A program made the position numbers and the translations under genes. Below, piece after piece: positions 1-10,800 of a stretch of 64,000 nt of DNA. How positions within the stretch are numbered: position 1 is the stretch's first letter; each line of letters opens with the position of its first letter. The notes beneath the pieces were generated by a model that was not told the origin of the DNA, did no database searches, and was given only the letters and a program-made list of their open reading frames with translations. The stretch is from contig MU056134.1 of NCBI GenBank assembly GCA_013239625.1, positions 4,914,714-4,978,713 of the forward strand. The letters are read 5' to 3'. The stretch comes from Lama guanicoe (Eukaryota).

Positions 1-294
1 GGAGAGGGGTCCTGGCCCTCAGCCACAGGTCTGGCCAGCCACCCAAAGAGGAGGGGAACACTTCTTGTGGGCACAGAGCAGCTCTGTGCACCCCCACAGG
101 CTGGGCATTGTGCCTGCCCTCCAGGGCAAACACGGGCCTCATTTGCAAACTGTACTGGTGGGAGGGAACAGGCCACCTTTGTGGGGGCACACTATTCCAC
201 AGCACTGGGTTGACACTGGCCCTGAGCCCAGTGACTGCCAGCAGCTGCAGCCTCCACCAAGGGCGAGAGCCTGTACCTGGCACTGTGGACTCAC

Positions 295-3200
295 CTTGGC
301 ATAGTCCAGAGGAAGTTGGTCCTCAGGGCACTTGAAGACTCCTTCACTGCAGGGGGTTGGGGGGGAGAGACAGGGTCAAGGCTCCACACCATGGGAAGGG
401 AGAGCCCCAGGCCTGACTCTCTCAACCAGGGCAGCCTCCTTCCCTCACCAGACCAGTTCCCAGACAGCCCCACCTGAGAGGGTAAGCAGAGGCCTGAGGG
501 TACCCACTTCTCCAGGACCCTAGAAGATCCCAGGTCTTATCCTGGGGAGGGGTGGTTCTGGAGGCCAAGGCAGCTGCCTTAGACAGCATTTGGCCAACAG
601 GTGGCAGCTGGCACCCCTCCTCCCAGGGTGGCAGCTGGACTAGGAAAGGAACAGGCTGCCCAGCCAACCCCTCCCCCGGGTTAGTTTTCATTGGTCAGGC
701 TGAAAGTTGATTTGGGGGGGGTGATCAGGGATGAACTGAGATTAAGTGCCAGGGCTGCCCAGCCCCATGCGGGTGCCCAGCAAAGAACCCAGGGCAAAGG
801 TCAGCTTGGAGCCACCCTATCCAATCCCTTCCCTCTTCCTATGAGGGTGTGTCTCCTAAAGCAAAGAGGAGGAAAGGTACTGTTTATGTTCCCACCCAGT
901 TCTCATCACCTGCCTCTGAAAAGGGGCTCAATGTCCCTATTTTGCAGATCAAAGAACTGAGGCTCACGGATGAAGCAGCACCTATATATATCTGATTCCA
1001 CAGCTCAGATCAGTTCTACTACCCTGCATACAGAAGAAATGCTAGTGCAAGAAAAACTGTCCAGACAAGCATACCAAGGCTCTGGTCACTGCACGGCAGG
1101 CATGTGAAGCCTGCTGACCCTGTCCACTGCCCTTCCTCTCCTCCACCAATCCCTCACCAGGTTGTTAGCACTCAAGGAACCTCTGGGACGCCTCCTTCCG
1201 CCAACATGGCCTTGCTGACCTTAGCCAGGACCAGTCACACATGCCTGGCACAGCCCAGGCAGGGCAAGGGCTCACCCAGCAGGATTGAAGGCCCTCAGGC
1301 AGGGCATTTCTGGCAAGTCTGAGTCAGGTAGGTAGGAAGCAGGCAAGCATCAAGGCGGAAGCAAAGGCTCCCTGGGAGCCCTGTCCACCACGGCACTTTG
1401 GAGGACCTGGGCAGTCCATGGCTCAGGTGCTCAAAGAATTTCTAGCATCCACCTCCTCCCGACCTCATGACTACTACTGGCCATGCTGCCATTGCCAAGA
1501 AAAATACGTGCCCAGGCAGTGAGGAGGTGTGCCCGTGCCCACAAGGCAACCAGCCTTTCTGAACAGACTTGAGTAATGGCCCAGGCAGGAGTGGGGAAAG
1601 AGGGTGGGCCATGAGGGAGGGGGTCTGCTTTGCGGCCTCAGGAATGTGCTGACTTAGTGGTTCTGGAGTCAGGGAAGGGACTGAGGCAAGTCCCCAGGCT
1701 TCAGGCAGATTAGCCTGGGCAGTTTGGGGCCCAGCCAGGACAAAGGTTCCCCCAGAGCTATGGGCACCCTAGGTGGAAGAGTGGGAGGGGCAGTGAGGAA
1801 CAGAGCCTGTCCCACTACTTCCCTCCTCCCGGCCTCAGCAACAGAGCTCTCCGGTGCTAGGCGGAGGGGGAAAGGCAGGGGCCTGAGACTGCTCCAGGCG
1901 GTGCAGTGGAGGCCCAGGCCCAGGGGAGAAGACAGGATGGGGGGAGGGGGCTGTGGGAGAGGAAGAGGGGATTTCCGGGAGGGGGAGGGGCAGAAGCAGC
2001 AGAGAGGGGCAGAGGGAGAGGGAAACGGGGCTGACAGCCCCCTCCCCCCGCTCCTTCCCCGAGGCAGTCAGAGTGGGTCAGCTGAGGAGGGGGGCAGGCT
2101 CAGCTGGCTTCATCTGGAAACCAGAGGGCCGGGGAAGGGCACGGGAGAAGACAATGGGACTGTGTGTCGGTAGGGGAGTCTGTGTACACAGAAGGGAGGA
2201 GGGAGGAGGGAGGAGGGTGAGGGAAAAGGAGGAGGGGGCAGCACAGCAGCTTGTGCGGGAGCATATGTGAGAGTAGGACCGGCCCAGGCTGCGGGGAACA
2301 GAAAACAAAGGACCTGCTGAGATTTCCGCCAGGCTCGGGGCTGCGGGTGACGGCGGGAGGGAGCACTAAAGGCAGAAGCCCCAAAAGTGCTCTCCCTGCC
2401 TGCGCCCCGCGAACCCTCACAAACGGCCTCCTGACACATGGCAGTGGCTGACCCAGCCTTCCCGGTGCTCTTGGAGCACGACCTCCCCAGGAGCCGGGGC
2501 TCCCTCTTCCTGCCTCCCCACACCCGGGACTGAGCAGGTCCCAGCGTGGGCAGGAGATTCAAGACACCGCAAGGCGCCCAGAACTCAACCTCTGCCCAAG
2601 AACCAAGGGGTGACCTGGGTCGGGAGAGGGCAGGGGGCGTTCAGTCGCACGCAGGGTGCGATCCCCTAACGATTTCTAGACCGCTCGCTCAAGACCTCCA
2701 GGGGCAGGGAAGGACACCCAAAGGGTTCCTACTGCAGGGGAGAGCTGTAGACTCGCAATCCTCCCTCTACCCTGCGACCACGAGCAGCCTGGGCTTAAAC
2801 ACCAGTTAAGCCTTTAGGTAATCGTGTGACCCCACGCCAGTCGCAGGCTTTTTTGAATTTGAATCTCGTTTTCTCATCTGTGAAATGGGAGAACAATAGC
2901 TGCGGTTCTCGTAACTTCCGAATAATCAGAAGAGCTTAGGTAGCTGAAAATTCCGGAGGCTTAAGGTGCTGCGCGAAACAGGATTTTGTCCTCTTCCCAT
3001 AAGAATTCAAAGTTCAAGGCTGAGGCCGCTCTGGCTCTCAGGTGAGGGGGAAGGGCCGGCCACGGGTCAGGAAGACCCGTGCTTTCCCACCTCGATCCCG
3101 CGGGAAGGCAGGGAATTGTTCCCACCTGGGGCGGACGCCGATAGCACGCGGGACCCTACTGATTAGAGCGTGGGGTCCTCCCTCAGGGGGCCTGACGTCA

Positions 3201-3489
3201 CCGCCGCCTCGTGACGTCACGCTGGGCGCCCCTGAGATCACCGGGCTGCAGCGCAGACAAAGAGCCGTGGTGCCTCTGGCCTCGACCCTCCCGCGGCGGC
3301 GTGCCCTATCCCCCACCCGCCGTCCCACGCTCCCCCCGGGCCGCACCTGAGGAACTCTTGCAGGCAGGTGTCGCAGAAGCGGTGGCCGCAGGTAGAAACC
3401 TGCACGGGCTCGCGCATGGGCTTCCCGCACAGCGGGCACAGCAGCCGCCGCTTGGGCTTCTCCAGGAACTTGTAGTCGAAGCCGGGCAT
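295..3489 (-). CDS. TRAF4: TNF receptor-associated factor 4, 5' part (coding exon 1 3489-3347, exon 2 346-295; continues beyond window start)
   Basis: Spliced translation MPGFDYKFLEKPKRRLLCPLCGKPMREPVQVSTCGHRFCDTCLQEFLS|EGVFKCPEDQLPLDYAK (C3HC3D RING). GT/AG sites; 143+52 nt = 65 codons. Confidence 0.97.
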
Positions 3490-4150
3490 GGCGGGCGGGC
3501 ACGGGCGAGCGGGGCCGGGCGCGCAGCGGCCCCACAGCCCGCGCCTCGCTCGGGCCGCGATCCCGGGTCCGGGCGGCGCCGACTGGCGGCCGCGGCCTGC
3601 GCCCAGTTCTTGAGTCCGCCCGCCGGAAGAGGGGGCGGGGCTGCGCTCGCGCGGTCCTAGTGCCCGCCGCGCCCGGCTCCCCACCCGCCCCAGGAGCCGG
3701 AGGCTTTGGGGTCCGCGCTCCGCCAGGCTCGGCTCCCCCTCGAAGCAGGGGCTCCTCTTTCCCCTCGGGAAGAAAAATCGAGGCTTTGCTTCTCCCCAGA
3801 GCTCGGGCTGAGGCTCTGACCCTGGCTGAGGCGGAGAGCCTCGGAGGACATGACGGGACCGGCCGGGCCGAGCTACAAAGATTCTTTTCTCCGGAGTCAA
3901 TAGCTCAGTCTCAGGGGCCACGTGTCGCCCAGGGGCCCGGGGCTCCAGCTTCCAGGTGCTAGGCAGCCGAAGCCTGGCAACCGGATCCGGGGAGCCCAGC
4001 TGGGCGGGGAGGCCGAGCTGGGCCCTGGGCCAGGGGAACCTGGGCTCCAGCCTAAGGCTGCGCCCACATTCCTCCCTCGACCGCGGCCCTGCAGCCCAGA
4101 TCGAGCCCAACCCAGCCCTGGGGTGGCCACCACCCCCACCCCTGAAGAGA
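3020..4150 (-). promoter_or_regulatory. TRAF4 CpG-island promoter
   Basis: Dense CpG; GC box ggggcgggg at about 3632; spans exon 1. Confidence 0.8.
3193..3219. promoter_or_regulatory. Pair of palindromic CRE sites in TRAF4 intron 1
   Basis: TGACGTCA at 3193-3200 and 3212-3219. Confidence 0.7.
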
Positions 4151-4176
4151 CCCACACTCTAGGCAGGCAGCTGATT

Positions 4177-4182
4177 TTTATT
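4177..4182 (-). terminator. NEK8 poly(A) signal
   Basis: AATAAA on the minus strand about 720 nt after the stop, with GT-rich sequence downstream. Confidence 0.7.
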
Positions 4183-4461
4183 GGCGCTACTTTCCAGTCA
4201 TCTGGGAAGCTGGTCTGGTCCAGCCAGCTAACCTTTCTCCCAACCTGCTTTGGGGGAATGGCGTGGGGTGAGGGGCAACCTTACGGCAGGAATCCCCTCT
4301 GCAGTCCACTGCAACCCATGCACTCCCGCAAGGGAAGGGAGGCACTCAGAAATTGCGCAAATCCCTGCCTCAGGATGTAAGAGTGGGGGCGGGTGGCAGC
4401 ACTCCTGAGACCTCCTTGCCTCAGGCCAATGCAGGGGCTAGGCCACCGGAATGGCCAGTCC

Positions 4462-4481
4462 AGGCAGGCCCCGGCTTGCCC
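4462..4481 (-). promoter_or_regulatory. p53-family response element about 1 kb upstream of TRAF4, inside the NEK8 3' UTR
   Basis: GGGCAAGCCG GGGCCTGCCT: two RRRCWWGYYY-like half-sites with no spacer, at the distance recalled for the human TRAF4 p53 site. Confidence 0.7.
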
Positions 4482-4898
4482 TGCTCCAAAGCACTGAGCT
4501 GCTCTCCCAGTAGACAGCAGGGACTTATTTTCTGATTGGACTAGGGGAAGGGGCAGGGTCTGGGTAGAGTCACAGCTACCGCCAGCCTTTCTCTGCAGAG
4601 GCTCTGGAGACCACCCTGCTTCCAAAGGTTAACATCTGGCTTCCAACTCTAGCCAGGCTGAACCCTGAGGACGCTGACTAAAAAGAAAGGGTGGGAAGGG
4701 AAAAGAGGGATGCTAAGGGAATAGGGTGGGTTGAGTTTTACACATCCAGGGCAAAATGTGGAGCAGAGGCTTTACTGGTTCTTATACTCCACTGATGATA
4801 CAATCCAGGGGGATGGTCATGCCTGAGGCACCTGCACTTTTCAAGAACAAGCAGAGGAGAAGCAATATCAGGGTAGTCCAGAGGTGTATCCAGGTGCC

Positions 4899-7800
4899 TT
4901 AGGGTGGGACTGGCTCATCTGTGATGGCTGGAGAATACAAATAAGAAATCCCTGCAGCTTCCCAGAGGGCAGTGCCCCCAGCAAGACTCAACTACCTCAG
5001 TTCCCACACGGGGCCCTAGACTCTGGATCCTGCCAGGCCAGAAACAGAGGTTCACACTAAACTGAACTTGAGAGTTGGAGAAGAAAGAATGCATTTGGGC
5101 CCTGGTGAGCAGTGGAGGCAGCCCTTCAATGAGGCTCAAGAAGCACCCACCCTTGTCCACCCCAGGGGCTCACTTTTGCCCCACAGTTTTTGCTTTCTGG
5201 GGGCTGAAGATGGTTTTAGTAATTTGGGCTGTGACCACTGAAGATGGGAGTGCAGACAGAGGCCAGCTGGATTAACCCTTGTGTGGGTGAGGGTGAAGTT
5301 ATAACTCACGGCGAACAGCTAGGAGTGTGTTTCCATGGCAACAGGACACAGAAGTCACTGTGTAGGGGTGTGTCTCATCCAGCTGCACTAGCCTCGGGAG
5401 TCCAGCATCCTCATCCCTCCTTCCCAGTCGACCTCGGGCCCCTTTGCCCCAAGAGTACACTTCACTTTCTGCCAAAGAGAATCCCAAGGAGGGAAATGGG
5501 AGAAGGACATAGGTTAGTAAGTAGCTATCCTCCTAGACTGCCATACTAGCCCCAACATGAGGTTGCTGAGTACAGCAGCCCTGAGCATCACCCACCATTG
5601 CCCATGGGCCTGCGCACACTCCTATCTGCCCCCATAGTGCCCACTAATCACCTGCCCCAATGGCTACAGTGAAGGCATCCCCACAGGCCACCATCGCTAT
5701 CTTGATGCCCTGGAGGCCTTGGACTTGACAAGGGGCCCGGCTGACCCGGCGAGCGTTGGTACCCAACTGCCCATGCTGATTGCTGCCGAAAGTGTAGCAG
5801 TCACCAGAGGCTATAGGGGAAGAGGAAAAGAAGAAAAGGGTGCCTCAACTGAGGACCCAAGGAAGCCAGGAAAGTCCACCTCTGACCTCCTGTGCCACGT
5901 CCTGCTCACCAGTTATAGCAGCTGAATGAGCAGTGCCCAGGTCCATGCTCAGCAGGGGCTCCTGGTCCAGGGGTGCAGAACCTAGTGGTGTGAAGCTTAG
6001 GGCCTCCTCCACTTGCTGGTGGGGAGCAGGTTCCTCCCCCAGGGAGAGGTGGTCCAAACCCAGCTTATTGAACCTGAGGACAGAGCCAGAAGCCAAGTCC
6101 AGTTTATACAGACTGTCCTCGCCCCTACTTATCTGAGCAGGAGCTTGTGCACCAGGGGACAAATCCCACCTTGGGTTGAACCCAGCACCCTCAACCCCAC
6201 CTCAGTTCTTATCCCTGATGGGAGATAGGCAATGACTGAGCACTGGCAGCTGGGGAGGGCGGGGGGCAGGCTGCTCATCAACATGCATCTACTTACCTGT
6301 TGCTCCCACAGGCCAGGGCTCGGCCAGGCACAGTGAGGATCATGGAGGAGTCAATACCACATACAACCCGCTGTGCTTCCTGTCCTGGGGGCATGGGTAC
6401 CTGCTGGGGACAGCTGTGGGACTCCCTGGTGCCCAGTCCCAGCCGGCCTACAAGGAGAAACCAGGATGGGACTAGACTGAGCTTTAGGGTTGGTGATGCC
6501 AGGATAAGAAGGACCCATGGAGAGGAAGTAACAGCATGAGTGAAGGCTATTCCTCAGACTGAAATGCCCATCCTTGGCCCCTCCGTGAGTCAAAATCCTA
6601 CTCCTCCTTTAAGGCCCTGTTTAGATGCCACATCTGTCTCCTCCAGGTGGAGCTCCTTGCCATTCCTTGGGTTCCCACACCTCTGGACCTTGTGGGGAGG
6701 CCTGCTGCTGTCTGTCCTCTATCATGATGGGGAAGTGTCATCCCTCCTCCATCTAGAAACAGTCCTCTAGGAGGAGAGGAACCCCATCTAAGTCATCTCT
6801 AGTTTCAATGCCCAGCCTGATTCCTGACCCAGAGAGGTCCACAACAGATACTGCTGGACGAGTCAAATCCCTCTCATTACATCATGAGCACCTGAAGGAA
6901 AAGACATCTTGTTTATCTTGTCTCAGCACCCAGCACAAAGTGGGCACATAATGGGTGTGCAATAAAGATTTCTTGAGTTAATAAATGAATGGAATTACAG
7001 TGAAAAGAGGGAAGAGAGAATGGGCCATGGGGTAGAAGATGGCTGTGAAGAACAAATTGTGGCTGAGGGGTACTGTGAGACGGAGCCAGAGGCTGAAACA
7101 GAGTGAAAGCTTACCACCATCTCCGCGGCCCCAGGCAAACAGTTCTCTCTCAGTGGACAGGGCCAGCACGTGAGAGGCCCCACAGGCCACCTGCACCATC
7201 TCATAGCCCAGCAGGGCCTCCACAATGGTGGGCTAGAAAGAGAGGAAGCAAGGGTAGACTGTGGGCAAGGGGCCTGGAGTAGCCACCTGGCCTCAACATC
7301 CCCTGTAGGGATGAAGTTGAAGACTGCAGTCTCAGGAAGGTGGCTGTCTCTTTAAATCCCCCCTACCCGCCACTGCAACCAGTGAGGAAGCCTGGTCTTT
7401 CTGTACTTCCCCCGATGCTGCCCAGAACAGGTGCAGCCTGGGAGCTAGAGGGACCTGTGGCTGCTGGGTATTCCCCTGACCTCAGTGTCAGCTCTCAGAT
7501 TTGGGCTCCTTGCCATCTCCCCACTTCCTCCTCCCCAAAGTACACGCAGCACCCACCTGACTGATGTCATTGAGGCTGCCATGGCCTAGGCACCCATTGC
7601 TGCCACTGCCAAAGGTCATGATGATGCCTCGGTCTAGAGATGGGGACAGTGAGGAAAGGAAAAGAAGAGAGGAAGAAGAGAGGTTAGATTGTTTCCAGAC
7701 AGACCAGTGCAACCTTGGGCTGGAGGAACAAGAAAATTTAATTGCACGCAAGGGCTGGAAGAATGGGAACGGGGAGAAAGGGACAGGGGTCTTTCTTCCC

Positions 7801-10800
7801 AAGTGACAGCCTCTGAGCTTTAGTTTCCGGATCTGTCAAATGGGGATAATGTAACTGCTTTGCCAGGCCTGCTGTGAAGCTAAAGAAGAATGTGTAAGTA
7901 GAGCACCCCTGGTGGACAGACGCATTATTAAGTGAGTAGTTTGCAAACGACGGGCAACGAGGAAAGTTGCTCTGGAAGGCCTTCTTATAGCGGGGTCTCC
8001 ACAGGGTAGTCCCGTGACTGGCTCACCAGTTAGGCAGGCTGTGAAGAGGTCCCCACAGGCCACATGCTTGATGGTCACACCTGACTGGCCCTCCAGGAAA
8101 CGGGAGACGAACTGGGGCTGCTGCTGCTCCACTGCTCCTGGAAGGAGGGAGCCCCCTGCGGCGCCTAGGGGCGGGGCCTGCGAGGGGAGACGAGAGGGCG
8201 GGGCCGGCGCCTGAGCGCCCGGCTCCTGACACGCCGCCCCCAGCCCCCTGCCCCAGACCCGCGTCCCCTTCCCTCCAGGCACACTCCAACCGGCTCACCT
8301 CCCACAGGATGAGACGCCCAGAGCGCGTGACGCCGGCCTTCTGCGTGCGCCCGGCTGCCACCTGGACCACCTCTGTGTTGAGCATTGGCAGCCGCAGCGG
8401 AGCGCTGAGCCCACCGCCCCACGCGTACACCGACGACAGCGGCGGCGGAATGGCAGGCCGTGTGGGTCCCCGAGGGACGCCTGCAGGGACAGCTCATCAG
8501 GCCTTTTAAACTGATGGGAATGCCATAGCGTCCTTGGGAACCCGGGCGGTCGTCCCGACTTACCCCTGCAACGGGCGCTGGTGGTCCTGTTCCCTGTGCT
8601 GCCAGGGGCCATCGGTGGCCCGGTGGCGAGGGACTTTTCTGCCCTGCGGGACAGATGGGGACCTCAGGACAAGGACCCTCCTTGGCATTCCCACACGCAG
8701 CAATGGAGGGCTTGCCATGCGCGCCCCTCTGCCCCAGGCCTACTATGCTCCCCACCCTGCTGCTGCCCAGGGCCCCCTTCCCCGCTCCCTGCACCGGCCT
8801 CCGCATGCGGACGCTGCCCAGGTCGGTGTGGAGGTTGAGGAGCGCACGGATGCAGAGGGGCTGTGCCATGATGTGGCTGAGCGGTGGCCGCTGTGCGGGC
8901 TCCAGGCTGAGCAGACTCAGAACCAGCTGGCGAAGCTCAGGGCTGTACCGGTCAGAGATGGGCGCAAAGGTGCCACTCATGATCTTCAGCACCAGTGCTG
9001 GCAGGTTCTGTGAAGGCACCAATGTGGGACTGGCCAGAACCTCAGGCCAGGCTCTTAAACAGTAGCACCCCCCAGCTCCAGCCCCAGCCCCAGCCCCTAG
9101 CCTTGGGTGGTCATAGCCCTGCAGTCAGAAGCCTTTTCTAGTGAGGGGATTCCCAGAAGGACAGGGAAGCCAAATCCTGCTTTTAAGAACCTGATAGGGT
9201 AGCTGCAGCTATGTCCTCAGAAATCCCAGGTTGTTGGGAGAACTCAAGTCTTGCCCTTTGGAGGTCCCTAATCTGATGGGAGGGCCCTGCCCTCGGGAGC
9301 CCTCAGTTTAATGGGGGGACCCAAGGCCCACCATCAGGAACCCATAGTCTGAGGGAAGCCACAGACCCAGAGTGGGGTAACCCACTAATCTGATAAGAGA
9401 GAGATAACTCAGCCACAGAAGAAACACAGAAGTGTTTGGTGCCAAGCACTTCAGGGGGGAGGAGGTAGAGGTAGAGATTTCCCAGTTGTCTCCTTGGTGA
9501 AGCTTACTCACCGCAGCCTCAAAGGCCCTCTTAAGGCTGGCGAGCTCATAGAGGACACAGCCCAGGGCCCAGATGTCACTCTTCTGGTTGTAGGGCTTGC
9601 CCTCACACAGTTCAGGGGAGATGTAGCATGGAGTACCCACCACCTGCAGGAGGGAAGCTAGTATTTCAGCCTGGAGGTGGGAGGACCAAGGCTCTGCCCA
9701 CAACCCTACTTAGAGATAGATTCTCCCTAAAGCAGACAAAAGTGCTTCCTTCTGCAGCCAGGAGCTAAGGGGCCAAGGTCCTGGGTGTGGGAATGAGGTG
9801 GGGATAGGGATGTAGAGTTGGCCTCAGCCCTCAAAACCTCCAGCACCGTTACGGTCCCCTCCATGCCCAGGCACCGTATAGGCCTTGCTCTTGCTGCTAA
9901 GGATCTTGGAGATGCCGAAGTCACCGATCTTGACGACCATGCGGTGTTTATCTAGAAGGATGTTTTGGGTCTTGAGGTCCCGGTGCAGGATAAGATGGGT
10001 GTGTACATGATGCAGCGCCAGCAGAATCTGCACAAAGAAGTGCAGGATGGTCTCCTCCTCCAAAAGGGAATTACAACGCTTCTGGATGAACTCAGCCAGG
10101 GTGCCGCCTGCAGTCACAAGAGACTAGTTAAGATCGAGGTTTTCCATGCCTAAGACTCTCCTTTATATGAAATCAAAGGCCCAGACAGGGCAAGGCCCTA
10201 CTAGTGACACACAACTGGGGTCGGAACTCTATACCTCTGACCCTCAGCCAAGCCCATTCCAAGCTGATCAGTGCCTGCCTGTCCCAGAGGTGCAGCTAGG
10301 CCAGTGCAAGGAGGCTGGCCTACCTGGTGCATATTCCATGGCGATCATGAGGGCCTTGTCCTCCAGGAAGTTCTCGTAGTACTCAATGACATTGGGGTGG
10401 TTGAGCAGCTTGAGGACCTGGCACTCGTTCTGGGCTGCCTGCCGCTCTTCTTTGGTCATTTGCTCCACTGGGATCTGCTTGATGATTACCAGCTTCTGGT
10501 CAGCCTTGCGCAGGCATAGGTGCACGATCCTGAGGACAGAGAATATAGGAGTGGGTACCAGCTGAGCCTCCAACCACCTATCAGGCAGGGCAGACCTGGT
10601 GACTGGGTTTTCCTTAGGAGAGGGCAATGAGCACCTAAACTAAGAGGTCATCTAAGTAAGTGCACAGAACGCTGAGTTTAGGAATGAGGAGAACTGACCA
10701 CAAATTGTGTGACACTTTGGGCAAGTCATTGAACTCATCTGGGACTCAGTTTCACCCCAGGCACAATGAGGTAAAGTTGTTTTGGGCTCTGTAAGTCCCC

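Noticed and set aside
3238-4155. 305-aa ORF extending TRAF4 upstream
   Set aside because: Stop-poor CpG island; the conserved start is gccATG at 3489, and the ORF runs on into intron 1.
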